The notes under the pieces were generated by a model. The model was not told the DNA's origin. It searched no databases and was given only the letters and a program-made list of their open reading frames with translations. Positions 20,017 to 30,166 of a stretch of DNA of 50,624 bases are shown here, in pieces. Both the position numbers and the translations under genes were made by a program. The DNA lies in contig CAINEX010000019.1 of NCBI GenBank assembly GCA_903847935.1, positions 1-50,624 of the forward strand. The letters are read 5' to 3'. Numbering within the stretch: the first letter of the stretch is position 1; the number at the start of each line of letters is the position of its first letter. The DNA is from an uncultured Spartobacteria bacterium (lineage in GTDB: Bacteria > Verrucomicrobiota > Verrucomicrobiia > Chthoniobacterales > UBA6821).

Positions 20017-21735
20017 ATGAAAAAAATCCTTTTTGTCTGCACCGGTAACACGTGCCGCAGCCCCATGGCTGAAGCGATGATGCGTGAGCTTCTGAAGGAC
20101 AGGAAGGATCTTACCGTGATTTCCGCAGGTGTCAGCGCATCCAAAGGAACTCCGGCCAGTCCACTAGCAGTTTCCGCTCTTGCAGAATTCGGTATTCAAT
20201 TGAACTCCTTCGGGAGCCAGCAACTTACCGAGGAATTGCTGGAGAACTCTTCCCATGTCTTCACAATGACGCGGAATCACCAACGCCTCATTGAAGAACT
20301 TTTTCCATCTCACTCCAAGAAGGTTCATTTGGTGGGACACTTTACCAAAATCCAGGGAGACGTGCCGGATCCCATGGGGCAGGGACCTGCAACTTACAAG
20401 CGCTGCCGCGATGTCATTAAAAGCGCGCTCGCACAAATCCTTCTTTTTGTGGATCAATCCTCTATCACCATGCCAAACGACACAACCAAATCATCCTCAC
20501 TTCCGAACTCGCTGGCCGTCACCGACCCCCAGATCGCGGAGGCCATTGATGCAGAGCACCACCGTCAACTTGAGCACATCGAACTGATTGCTTCCGAAAA
20601 CTTCACGAGTCAGGCCGTGATGGAAGCACAGGGCTCCTGCCTCACCAATAAATATGCCGAGGGTTATCCCGGAAGGCGCTGGTACGGCGGGTGCGAGCAT
20701 GTTGATGTCGTTGAGTCACTCGCCATCGAGAGGGCTAAAGAGCTTTTTGGAGCGGATCATGCCAATGTCCAACCCCACAGCGGCAGCCAAGCAAACATGG
20801 CCGTCTATTTCAGCGTTCTTAAACCGGGGGACAGGATCCTTACCATGGATCTTGCACACGGAGGTCATCTTACCCACGGCCACAAGGCCAACTTCTCCGG
20901 AAAGCTTTACGAGGTTACCCATTACGGGGTCTCCCAAGCCGATGGTCGCATCGACTACGACGCTCTAGCAAAGCAGGCCCTTGAGGTAAAACCGCGGATG
21001 ATCACCGCAGGAGCCTCTGCCTATCCCCGTGAAATCGACTTCGCTCGCCTTCGTGAGATCGCCGACTCGGTGGAGGCCTATCTCTTCGTCGACATGGCCC
21101 ACATCGCTGGTCTGGTGGCTGGAGGCGTTCATCCCAATCCGGTACCTTTTGCCGATTTCGTGACCACAACCACGCACAAGAGCCTGCGCGGCCCGCGATC
21201 AGGACTCATCCTCTGCAAGGAGCAGTACGCCAAAAAAATTGACGGACAGGTTTTTCCGGGCGTGCAGGGTGGACCCCTCATGCAGGTGATCGCGGCCAAG
21301 GCGGTATGCTTCCACGAGGCACTACAGCCCTCCTTCAAGGAATACGCGCGACAAGTCGTTAATAATGCTAAGGCGCTCGCCGCGCGTTTGTCGGTTCTCG
21401 GCTACACAATCAGCTCCGGTGGCACGGATAACCATGTGCTTCTCGTCGATCTTCGTTCCAAGGGGATCAATGGGCTTGAGGCTCAGGAGGCACTCGACAA
21501 GGCCGCCATCACCGTGAACAAGAATGCGATCCCATTTGACACGGAGCCGATCACCAAGACGGGTGGCATCCGACTGGGAACACCTGCCATGACGACGCGT
21601 GGGTTCCGCGAAGAGGAGATGATGCAGGTGGCTGATTTCATCCACACAGGACTCGAGGCACGCAACGACGAGGAAGCCCTTGCCTCGCTGCGTGTCGAAG
21701 TCACCACCTTCACCGCACGATTCCCACTGCCTTGA
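20017..21735 (+). CDS. glyA: Fusion of low-molecular-weight protein phosphatase (YwlE-like) and serine hydroxymethyltransferase
   Basis: N-terminal [13 protein letters not shown]-loop and DP.G; then [26 protein letters not shown] of SHMT, in one uninterrupted frame. Confidence 0.93.
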   Translation: MKKILFVCTGNTCRSPMAEAMMRELLKDRKDLTVISAGVSASKGTPASPLAVSALAEFGIQLNSFGSQQLTEELLENSSHVFTMTRNHQRLIEELFPSHSKKVHLVGHFTKIQGDVPDPMGQGPATYKRCRDVIKSALAQILLFVDQSSITMPNDTTKSSSLPNSLAVTDPQIAEAIDAEHHRQLEHIELIASENFTSQAVMEAQGSCLTNKYAEGYPGRRWYGGCEHVDVVESLAIERAKELFGADHANVQPHSGSQANMAVYFSVLKPGDRILTMDLAHGGHLTHGHKANFSGKLYEVTHYGVSQADGRIDYDALAKQALEVKPRMITAGASAYPREIDFARLREIADSVEAYLFVDMAHIAGLVAGGVHPNPVPFADFVTTTTHKSLRGPRSGLILCKEQYAKKIDGQVFPGVQGGPLMQVIAAKAVCFHEALQPSFKEYARQVVNNAKALAARLSVLGYTISSGGTDNHVLLVDLRSKGINGLEAQEALDKAAITVNKNAIPFDTEPITKTGGIRLGTPAMTTRGFREEEMMQVADFIHTGLEARNDEEALASLRVEVTTFTARFPLP

Positions 21736-21814
21736 TCCAGCCCGACTAGGGTGGAGCCCGGTTGGCTTCGTTGAACTGGCCGGCGCAACCCTCTTTTCAT
21801 TTCCAATCCTCTCC

Positions 21815-23353
21815 ATGAATCCGGATGACATCCTAACGGCGAACCCCCTTCGGGAGGGCATTGCCAATCGACTGACTCCCGAAACCTGCACGCTGGTGAT
21901 CTTCGGGGCTACGGGAGATCTCACGCACAGGAAACTCATTCCTGCGCTTTACAATCTTGCTGCCGAGGGGGCTCTCCCTCCCTCCCTTATCATCAGAGGA
22001 TTCGCAAGGCGTGAAAAAACCACCGAGGAGTTCCGCAAGGAACTGGAGACTTCAACCCGAAAATTCTCCCGCACCCCAGTCAACGATGAACTCTGGAATA
22101 ATTTCGCCTCCTCAATTTTCTATAATCAGAGCGCGTTCGACGACCCACGCGGATATTCCGAGCTAGCTCGGGAAATGCGGGAAAACGATGTTGCAAAAGG
22201 GACCGGAGGAAACCGGCTTTTCTATCTCGCCGTGGCACCCGACCAGTTTCCGATCATTCTGGGGCATCTCAGAAGCAGCGGTTTAAACGATGCCCTCCGT
22301 GGAGGTTGGGCCCGCATCATTGTCGAAAAACCCTTTGGGATGGATCTTGCAACAGCAAGAGAGCTGAACGGTCTGGTCGGCGAGGTTTTTCCAGAGAAAG
22401 ACACCTTTCGAATCGATCACTTTCTTGGAAAAGAGACGGCCCAGAACATCATGGTCCTGCGCTTTGCGAACTCCATCTTCGAGTCTCTTTGGAACTCTAG
22501 TCACATCAGCCACGTGCAGATCACCGCGGCAGAACCGCTCGGAGTCGAGGGGCGGGCGGGCTACTACGATAAGTCTGGGGCCATGCGCGACATGGTGCAG
22601 AACCATCTGCTCCAACTACTGACACTTATGGCCATGGAGCCGCCCACAAGCCTTGGAGCCGATGCCATCCGCGATGAAAAAGTGAAGGTGCTCCGGTCGT
22701 TGCGTCCCTTGCGAGGGGATGATGTGTTTCGCCATGTGGTGAGAGCCCAATACACCGAAGGTCTGATCAACGGACAACCGGTGACCTCTTACCGAGGGGA
22801 GTTGGGGGTCTCCAAAGACTCGACAACGGAAACCTATGTCGCCCTGCAGTTGAACATCGACAACTGGCGTTGGGCCGGGGTTCCCTTTTTCATCCGCACG
22901 GCAAAAAGGATGCCAAAGGGTGGCACTGAAATCGCCGTCACCTTCAAGGGAGTGCCCCGTGTTCTTTTCAATCAATCAACCCAGACTCTTGATGAAAATG
23001 TTCTGGTTATCCGAATCCAACCCGATGAGGGGGTCTCACTACGGATGAGCGCCAAGATGCCCGGATCAAGCCTGCGGATTGAACCGGTCAAAATGGACTT
23101 CCATTACGGAACCTCTTTCGGGAAGGCAACCCCGGAGGCTTATGAACGTCTCCTGCTGGATGCCATGTCCGGTGATGCAACACTGTTTGCACGATGTGAC
23201 GAAGTCGAGGAAGCATGGGCATTCGTTGACGGGATCGAGGAGGCATGGAAGACACGTTCGGACGACCTTGCCTTCCATGCTGCGGGATCCTGGGGCCCGA
23301 CCGAGGCTACGGAACTTGCAGCACGCCATGGGGTCACATGGAGAAGGATGTGA
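21815..23353 (+). CDS. zwf: Glucose-6-phosphate 1-dehydrogenase
   Basis: GATGDL, EKPFG, RIDHFLGKE, RDMVQNH motifs; start placed at ATG 21815. Confidence 0.96.
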   Translation: MNPDDILTANPLREGIANRLTPETCTLVIFGATGDLTHRKLIPALYNLAAEGALPPSLIIRGFARREKTTEEFRKELETSTRKFSRTPVNDELWNNFASSIFYNQSAFDDPRGYSELAREMRENDVAKGTGGNRLFYLAVAPDQFPIILGHLRSSGLNDALRGGWARIIVEKPFGMDLATARELNGLVGEVFPEKDTFRIDHFLGKETAQNIMVLRFANSIFESLWNSSHISHVQITAAEPLGVEGRAGYYDKSGAMRDMVQNHLLQLLTLMAMEPPTSLGADAIRDEKVKVLRSLRPLRGDDVFRHVVRAQYTEGLINGQPVTSYRGELGVSKDSTTETYVALQLNIDNWRWAGVPFFIRTAKRMPKGGTEIAVTFKGVPRVLFNQSTQTLDENVLVIRIQPDEGVSLRMSAKMPGSSLRIEPVKMDFHYGTSFGKATPEAYERLLLDAMSGDATLFARCDEVEEAWAFVDGIEEAWKTRSDDLAFHAAGSWGPTEATELAARHGVTWRRM

Positions 23354-24387
23354 GTTTTTCACCCGGCATTGCTGTTCCGATCGGCGCCATTGAGCGTGAA
23401 CTCGGACGTGTTTGGGAGGAGAGCGGTGCGGCGAAAACACGGGCGTCGCTCATCAATCTTGCCATCTACAACGAAAAAACGGGATCCCTCGAAACAAACT
23501 CGGCCATCATTGGTGCAATCGCGGGGGAACACGCGATGAGGGCGATTCTTATCGAGTCTGATCCCGATGAAACCGGGAGCAGGGCCGAAGCTTGGATTAG
23601 CATGCACTGCTATCTACGGGGTTCCAAGGGTGGATCTGTTTGCAGTGAGCAGATTTCTTTTCAATTGGGTGGGGAGGCGGCGCGCTCTTTGCAGAGCGTT
23701 GTTTTTTCCCATCTCGACTCGGATCTTCCACTCGTGCTCTGGTGGCAGGCTGATTTCCATCCTCCCATCGACGGAAAACTCTGGCAATGGGTCGACCGAC
23801 TCCTCTTTGACAGCCGTCATTGGAAAAAACCTTCGGAACAGTTCCAACTCATCACTGAGATCGCTACCCTCACGGAAACCAAACTTGTTCTCTGTGATCT
23901 CAACTGGGCAAGGTCCCTTCCCGTGAGGCAGGCGGTCGCCGGAATGTTCGACAACCCCGCAGCACTTGCCGAATTACAACTGATCAGATCTTTTCATATC
24001 GATCACGCACCGGGATCCCGCAGCACCGCCCTTCTTCTTGTCGGTTGGATTGCAAACCGGTTGGGATGGGTTCTGTCGGACGCATCGCAAAACCCCACCT
24101 TTACGGATCCAAAGAAAGGGGCCGTTCATGTGACCCTCAGCGAAAAAGAAGGGGCAAGCATTACAAGGATGCTTCTTAATTCCGAAAAAGCATCGTTTGA
24201 ACTCACCCACGAACCAGGTTCAGGCCTCTATGTCACCAATGCCAGAAGCGACTCATTCCCTTCGATGGGCAGGGTCATCCGCGCCGCACGGGAGGAAACA
24301 CGTGAGATCCTGCTGGCCGAGCTTGCTAGGGGTGGTCGTCATCCCCTCTATAGCCTTGCAGTGAAGGCCGTGCAGGCTCTCTGGTAA
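23338..24387 (+). CDS. opcA: G6PDH assembly protein OpcA
   Basis: Overlaps zwf end; CSEQI, DLPLVLWW, DLNWAR, GWIA.RLGW motifs. Confidence 0.85.
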   Translation: MEKDVSFSPGIAVPIGAIERELGRVWEESGAAKTRASLINLAIYNEKTGSLETNSAIIGAIAGEHAMRAILIESDPDETGSRAEAWISMHCYLRGSKGGSVCSEQISFQLGGEAARSLQSVVFSHLDSDLPLVLWWQADFHPPIDGKLWQWVDRLLFDSRHWKKPSEQFQLITEIATLTETKLVLCDLNWARSLPVRQAVAGMFDNPAALAELQLIRSFHIDHAPGSRSTALLLVGWIANRLGWVLSDASQNPTFTDPKKGAVHVTLSEKEGASITRMLLNSEKASFELTHEPGSGLYVTNARSDSFPSMGRVIRAAREETREILLAELARGGRHPLYSLAVKAVQALW

Positions 24388-24433
24388 TTTTCCAGGAGTA
24401 AAAATCCTCCGACCGTATTCGCGTATGCGGGTG

Positions 24434-26992
24434 TCAGAATTCCGCAGGCTTTGGCACTGGCAGACTGAGAACGGGGGAATCACTTGGTTGATCCATGGGA
24501 CGGACGGGTTCAGCGCGTCGTATCGGTTTTTCACCCGTTGAAGCTGATGTCGCAGCGTTTGTTAGAGCATCTTGGACACCCGGATCTCTTCCGTCAGGAG
24601 TCGTGGCCCTAGCCACCTTGATCCTCGGATCCCCCTCCACGTACGCTTTGCCTGCTGGATTTACAGAGTGGTAAAGATCGTTCTGCGCAAGCAATGTTGG
24701 CGCGGTGATCGTCACAGGATGAATCAGGGAGAGATCTATGGCTGCGGCAGCACGTGGCCACTCCTCCTGCTCAGCCTCCTTGTTGTAGCTACGGATTCCC
24801 TCACCGTGCAGGTCGCACTGTTGTGATGGCACCTCCGTCGTGGTGGCGTATTCCGTGGCAATAAGCGCAGGATCCTTCCTACATGCCTCGGCTGGGAGCA
24901 AACCCGAGCGGCGACAGATCTCAACGGGGAGCAGTCCCTTTGGGGGCGTAAGAGGGTGGCTGGGAAACTCCTGGAGTGAGGCGCTCATGACACGTGCCCA
25001 TATGGGAAGGGCCAGATCCTTTCCGAAGGCGCCCCGATAGATCTTGGCAGGCTTGTCGAAGCCGACCCACACACCGCAAGTGACCGAACTCGAGTAGCCG
25101 ATGAACCACGTGTCGGTGAAATCATAGGATGTTCCGGATTTCCCAGCTAACTGCTGATCTGAGTTCAATCCCAGGGCAGCAACCTCCGGTGCACATGTTT
25201 TGAAAAGAGCATCCCGGAGAGTAGTATGAACCTGAAATGATGCTTCGGAGGGGATAACATTGACTCGGGACGAGGGGTTCTCAAAAAGAACATTTCCCTG
25301 CTGATCGGTGATTCGCGTGATGGTAAAGAGCTTGGACGGACGATCGCCTTCATCAGGAAAGACGGTGTACGCAAGGGTCAATTCTCCGAGAGTCATTTCA
25401 CTCGATCCAAGATAGGCATTGGCAACGTCGCGCAATGGGGAACGGATGCCGGCATCGCCGCAAAACTTTCGTAGAGCTTCTAGCCCGGTCATGAATCCCA
25501 GCCTTACGACGGCTGCATTTTTTCCGCGGGCCACAGCCTCGTTGGAGGGCATCGGTCCCTCATATTCATTATCCGGACGCTCCACTCCCCACTCGCCCAG
25601 AATGCCGTTATCCCCACCGATCATGACAAAGCGATTATCAATGCAAGCGTCATCGACCGGGCTCCCTGGGAAGACACCCTTCGAATAGGCCGCTGCTGCA
25701 AGCAATGGGGTGAAAACGGTGCCGGCAGGGCGCTTCGCTTGGAAGACCCGGTTGTATTCACTGTGGAGAAAGTCCCGTCCACCCGCCAGCGCAAGAATGC
25801 CTCCGGTAGCATTGTCAACGGCCAACACGGCTCCCTGGAGGTATCCGGGAGTGGGCAGTGTTACCGGCTCCCCGCGTTGAGCCGCATCCTCAAGCGACTG
25901 ATTGATCTGACGATAGCGTTCGAACGTGACGTGGGAGTACCCCCCTGTTTTTTCCACTTCTTCCAAATGTGATTTGAGTGCTATTTCAGCAGTCTGCTGG
26001 AGTCTGGTATCAAAGGTGGTCTCGATCCGCACTCCATCGTTCATAGCGCGGTCATAACCAAGGGCGGCAATGGCCTGCTGACGCACAAGCTCCAACGCGT
26101 AGGATGTCCTGTTTGGATTTGTTCGCTTCCTCACCGTCAACGGCAACTCCACCGCGCGCTCATACTCTTCGCGGCTTATGAGGCGCAGTTCCCTCATGCG
26201 CGTAAGCACAAAGTCGCGGACTTTTTTCGCACCCTGGGGGTTATTCCAGGGGGAGAGTGCATTCGGACTTTTTAGAAGACCAGCCAGCATTGCGCATTCG
26301 CCCACGGTTAGTTCGTTGGCCGGCTTTCCAAAGTAACCCCTTGACGCTGATTCCAAGCCATAAAGACCGCTGCCGAAGTAGACGCGGTTGAGATAGAGCT
26401 CCATGATTTTTTCCTTGGTCAAGTGTTGCTCAATCCTTTGGGCAACCATCATCTCTAGGAGTTTGCGACGGAATGTCCGCTCCTTCATCTCAAAGGAATT
26501 TCTCGCGAGTTGCTGAGTCACGGTACTGGCACCCTGCTTGACCCTTCCCTGACGATAATTACTGATGGCGGCGCGGAGGATTCCAAAATAATCAACTCCA
26601 TGATGCTCGAAAAACCGATTGTCTTCTTCGGCAACAATTGCATTGACCATCTCTTTCGGGATCATTTCGAAGGGTATGGGGACCCTGTTTTGAATGAAGA
26701 TTTTGCCCATTTGCCGATCTGAACGGTCATAAATAATACTGGAGGACTCCATTCTCCCCATTTTTTCGAGATCGAAGGAATCAGCCTTGGCAGAGAACTC
26801 TGAGACAATAAATGCGTAGGCGGCCAATGCCGCGAGACCGCAGGCAACCATAAGAAATATGGACGCGAGAAACCAGATCCGGCGAAACCAAGGTTTTTCC
26901 CGGCTTTTTTCCCTTTTCTCCCAACTATAGCGGTGAGTTGCGATCAGATATATTTCCCATGAAGCAGGTGGTCGGGCAAGCAATCCTGCCAC
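24434..26992 (-). CDS. Class A penicillin-binding protein (GT51 transglycosylase plus degenerate transpeptidase domain)
   Basis: EDNRFFEHHG, GASTVTQQL, RK..E, YLNRVYFG GT motifs; TP fold with GKSGT and DTWFIG; start uncertain. Confidence 0.88.
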   Translation of the reverse strand: MAGLLARPPASWEIYLIATHRYSWEKREKSREKPWFRRIWFLASIFLMVACGLAALAAYAFIVSEFSAKADSFDLEKMGRMESSSIIYDRSDRQMGKIFIQNRVPIPFEMIPKEMVNAIVAEEDNRFFEHHGVDYFGILRAAISNYRQGRVKQGASTVTQQLARNSFEMKERTFRRKLLEMMVAQRIEQHLTKEKIMELYLNRVYFGSGLYGLESASRGYFGKPANELTVGECAMLAGLLKSPNALSPWNNPQGAKKVRDFVLTRMRELRLISREEYERAVELPLTVRKRTNPNRTSYALELVRQQAIAALGYDRAMNDGVRIETTFDTRLQQTAEIALKSHLEEVEKTGGYSHVTFERYRQINQSLEDAAQRGEPVTLPTPGYLQGAVLAVDNATGGILALAGGRDFLHSEYNRVFQAKRPAGTVFTPLLAAAAYSKGVFPGSPVDDACIDNRFVMIGGDNGILGEWGVERPDNEYEGPMPSNEAVARGKNAAVVRLGFMTGLEALRKFCGDAGIRSPLRDVANAYLGSSEMTLGELTLAYTVFPDEGDRPSKLFTITRITDQQGNVLFENPSSRVNVIPSEASFQVHTTLRDALFKTCAPEVAALGLNSDQQLAGKSGTSYDFTDTWFIGYSSSVTCGVWVGFDKPAKIYRGAFGKDLALPIWARVMSASLQEFPSHPLTPPKGLLPVEICRRSGLLPAEACRKDPALIATEYATTTEVPSQQCDLHGEGIRSYNKEAEQEEWPRAAAAIDLSLIHPVTITAPTLLAQNDLYHSVNPAGKAYVEGDPRIKVARATTPDGRDPGVQDALTNAATSASTGEKPIRRAEPVRPMDQPSDSPVLSLPVPKPAEF

Positions 26993-27010
26993 CCATCCGC
27001 TTTTCAGGCA

Positions 27011-28195
27011 TCAAACAACCTGCAATCCCGCGGACCAAACTCCATTAACCTGCCATGCGGGACTTACCCTGACCAGATCCGCACGCTTGCCCAGTTCGAT
27101 GGAACCCCGTTCACACTCCATTCCGAGAGCTTGTGCGGGAACCAATGAAGCCATTGCAATGGCTTCCTCAATAGGAATTCCAACGCCCTCAACCATGAAC
27201 CTGACCCCGTCAATCAGGCAGGCAGTGCTGCCAGAAAGGCACCTCTCCGAACCTGATCCTGTCCAGGCAGCATCATCCAGAATCTGGCATGGAATCTCAC
27301 CAAGATCAAAGTGAGCCCCTTCCCCCATCCCGGCCCCCGCTGTGGCGTCTGATACTAGGACCAATTCCTTCCAACCCTTTGCCATCCAAGCCAATCGAAG
27401 GAGGGTTGCAGGCAAATGGACACCATCAGCTATCACCTCGCAGAGGATTCCCCGCCTCGTCAATGCAGCCTCGGCAAGCCCGGTCGTGCGTCTCCCAAGA
27501 TGGGATTGTTGAGAGGACATGCAGTTGTAGAGATGCGTGACCTGCGTCACGCCAAGATCAAATCCTTTTTGAGCCACAGAATCCGAGGCTTCTGAATGAC
27601 CAGCACTGACGGTTATCCCATATTTTTTGAATGCTAGAATAAGTTCACTTACTCCGGGCATTTCAGGGGCAATCGTTATTCTTTTGATGATATCCCTGTG
27701 TTTAAGGAGAGTCATTGTTTCTTCATCAGAGGGATTTCTTAGTGCGGACTCTAGATGCGCACCACGCCGAGTCTTGGCGAAGTAAGGCCCCTCAAGATGA
27801 ATGCCAGCGAAAAAGCTCCCCCCGGGGGTGGCGATGAATTGTTCAGCAACCGTCAGTACCCGTAGCATCTCCTCGAGAGGTGCCGATACGGTGGAGAGGA
27901 CCGTAAGGGTCGTCCCACGGGATAGATGGTGGCGAAGGATGCTGTCGAATGCCTCAGGCGTGGCTTCCATGGCATCATGGCCGACGGCACCATGACAATG
28001 GAGGTCGATCAATCCCGGAAACAGATAATCACCGCGGCAGTCGATTACTTCATCAAATCCCTCTATAGCAGATCCCTCTACCTGCAGGTCGTTGCGTATT
28101 TCCGAGATGGTTCCATCCTCAAGCACGATACTTTCCAGGAAATCTCCATTCCTACCGAGACGGATTAAGCGGGCATTGGTAAGGAGTTTTTTCAT
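27011..28195 (-). CDS. nagA: N-acetylglucosamine-6-phosphate deacetylase
   Basis: PGLIDLHCHG, HLEGPY, THLYN.M, DGVH, VSDA motifs. Confidence 0.93.
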   Translation of the reverse strand: MKKLLTNARLIRLGRNGDFLESIVLEDGTISEIRNDLQVEGSAIEGFDEVIDCRGDYLFPGLIDLHCHGAVGHDAMEATPEAFDSILRHHLSRGTTLTVLSTVSAPLEEMLRVLTVAEQFIATPGGSFFAGIHLEGPYFAKTRRGAHLESALRNPSDEETMTLLKHRDIIKRITIAPEMPGVSELILAFKKYGITVSAGHSEASDSVAQKGFDLGVTQVTHLYNCMSSQQSHLGRRTTGLAEAALTRRGILCEVIADGVHLPATLLRLAWMAKGWKELVLVSDATAGAGMGEGAHFDLGEIPCQILDDAAWTGSGSERCLSGSTACLIDGVRFMVEGVGIPIEEAIAMASLVPAQALGMECERGSIELGKRADLVRVSPAWQVNGVWSAGLQVV

Positions 28196-28265
28196 CTCAA
28201 AGAGTTACCAAGCTAAATCACTAATCAAGTTACGGAAAAATTACCCCCATATAGAAATGAGACAG

Positions 28266-28298
28266 AAAAAAGCCGCCTCAGGATAACCTAGGCGGCTT
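28266..28298 (-). terminator. Rho-independent terminator of the ribosomal supercluster
   Basis: AAGCCGCCT/AGGCGGCTT stem followed by a U-run on the minus strand, downstream of rpsD. Confidence 0.8.
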
Positions 28299-28353
28299 CA
28301 ATTTGTTTAATCTCCGAATAAAATTCGGGAGAGGAAAATCATCGGTCGAAGGA

Positions 28354-28965
28354 CTATCGGGAATAGAGTTCAACAACCAGCTGCTCGTTCACCACGGGGT
28401 TGATTTCCTCGCGGGTGGGAATCCTAACGACCTTTCCGCTCAGGGCTTCCTTATCAACAAGAAGCCAATCAGGGGGTTCAATAATCTGCGTCTGGTCGAG
28501 ACCACGCTGGGCAAGCCTCTTGGATCCATCCTTGGTGCGGACTGAAACCACGTCACCAACCTTGAGAGTGGCGGATGAGATGTCGGTCTTTCGACCGTTC
28601 AAGCTGATGTGCCCGTGGGCAACCATCTGACGTGCTGCAGAGCGAGTCTTGGCAAAACCCATACGATAAACCACGTTATCAAGCCTGGTCTCAAGCAGTT
28701 GGAGCAGGATCAGTCCGGTGACGCCACGGGTCTTGAGAGCAGTCTCGAAGTAGCGCCTGAATTGACGCTCAAGAACTCCGTACTGGAAACGCAGCTTCTG
28801 CTTTTCAGCAAGTGCCGTACCATACTCGGAAATCTTTCGACGAGATCCCTTGGGACCGTGCATTCCGGGTGGATAAGGCTTGTGCTCGAAGGCGCGGGGC
28901 GATCCGGCAAGCAATACGCCGTAACGGCGGCTGACTTTGGTTTTGGGTCCTGTGTAACGGGCCAT
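28354..28965 (-). CDS. rpsD: 30S ribosomal protein S4
   Basis: MARYTGP, EKQKLR, LETRLDNVVYR, LVVELYSR. Confidence 0.98.
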   Translation of the reverse strand: MARYTGPKTKVSRRYGVLLAGSPRAFEHKPYPPGMHGPKGSRRKISEYGTALAEKQKLRFQYGVLERQFRRYFETALKTRGVTGLILLQLLETRLDNVVYRMGFAKTRSAARQMVAHGHISLNGRKTDISSATLKVGDVVSVRTKDGSKRLAQRGLDQTQIIEPPDWLLVDKEALSGKVVRIPTREEINPVVNEQLVVELYSR

Positions 28966-29005
28966 GGTAGATTTGGGCTGAGTGAGTGGTTATGGAATTC
29001 TCGGA

Positions 29006-29590
29006 TCAGACGCGCCGCTGTTTGGGCGGGCGACATCCGTTGTGAGGAACTGGTGTGACATCTTGAATGACGGAAATTTCAAGTCCGATGGCCTGCATGG
29101 CGCGGACAGCGGATTCACGACCGGAACCGGGTCCCTTGACGCGCACCTCTACCTCCTTTAGTCCGTGTCCCATGGCCTGACGGCATGCATCCTGAGCAAC
29201 CATCTGGGCGGCGTATGCAGTGCTTTTGCGCGAGCCTTTGAACCCCAGTTTGCCGGCACTTGACCATCCGATGACAGCACCACGAAGATCCGTGATGCTA
29301 ACGATAGTGTTGTTGAATGTTGCCTGAACGTGAGCGATTCCTTGTAGGATATTCTTGCTTCCCTTGGCCTTAACGATTTTTGGCGGCTCAATGGGATCAT
29401 CAAGGTTAAAGCTGACAGGTGCAGCAGGCGCCGCCTCTTCAGTTTTTTTCTCTTTGCTCTTCTTGGCAGCTTTTGGCTTTTCGGCCTTATCTGATTTCGG
29501 GGCTGTTGCTTCTGCTGGAACTTCGGCAACAGGTGCTGTTGCTACCGGAACTTCGGGCAACTCTGGTGTGACGGGCGTTTCTTCGGACAT
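29006..29590 (-). CDS. rpsK: 30S ribosomal protein S11 with N-terminal extension
   Basis: [34 protein letters not shown]. Confidence 0.97.
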   Translation of the reverse strand: MSEETPVTPELPEVPVATAPVAEVPAEATAPKSDKAEKPKAAKKSKEKKTEEAAPAAPVSFNLDDPIEPPKIVKAKGSKNILQGIAHVQATFNNTIVSITDLRGAVIGWSSAGKLGFKGSRKSTAYAAQMVAQDACRQAMGHGLKEVEVRVKGPGSGRESAVRAMQAIGLEISVIQDVTPVPHNGCRPPKQRRV

Positions 29591-29628
29591 GAACTTGATT
29601 CGGTGCTGAATGGATGAAGGTTAAACGG

Positions 29629-30006
29629 TTAGTCCTTCGCCCTGACGACGCCCACCGTCTTGCGAGGGCCTTTACGTGTGCGGGCATTGGTCTGGGTGCG
29701 TTGACCGCGCACAGGAAGGCCACGACGATGGCGAAGCCCCCTGTAGCAATTGATTGCCTGCAGGCGCTTGAGATTACCTTGGATTTCTCTGCGGAGATCA
29801 CCCTCAATAACAAGCTTGTTCGCGGTGATTGCGGAAATGATCGAACCGATCTGCTCGGGAGAAAGTTCCTTAGCACGTGTGTCAGGATTGATATTGGCCT
29901 GCTCAAGGACACGCTTGGATGTCTTGGGGCCGATTCCGTAAATATAAACGAGCGAAGCTTCGATTCGCTTGTCGCCGGGGATTTCTACGCCGAGGAGTCT
30001 TGGCAT
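29629..30006 (-). CDS. rpsM: 30S ribosomal protein S13
   Basis: [33 protein letters not shown]. Confidence 0.98.
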   Translation of the reverse strand: MPRLLGVEIPGDKRIEASLVYIYGIGPKTSKRVLEQANINPDTRAKELSPEQIGSIISAITANKLVIEGDLRREIQGNLKRLQAINCYRGLRHRRGLPVRGQRTQTNARTRKGPRKTVGVVRAKD

Positions 30007-30043
30007 GATCTTGGTTCTTTAGTGGTGGGTGTCTTGGTGAAAA

Positions 30044-30157
30044 TTAGCCTTGGCGCTGCTTGTGGCGGGGATTCTTGCAGACGACACGGACAACATTGTT
30101 GCGGCGCACGATCTTGCATGTTTCACAAAGACGTTTAACGGAGGCTCGGACTTTCAT
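30044..30157 (-). CDS. rpmJ: 50S ribosomal protein L36 (not in ORF track)
   Basis: Read manually: [37 protein letters not shown]. Confidence 0.97.
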   Translation of the reverse strand: MKVRASVKRLCETCKIVRRNNVVRVVCKNPRHKQRQG

Positions 30158-30166
30158 GAGAAGGGA

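Noticed and set aside
21680-21814. ORF-track N-terminal extensions on zwf (likewise opcA, rplF, rpmC, rplV, rpsL)
   Set aside because: They overlap upstream genes or leaders; family-typical N-termini begin at downstream ATGs
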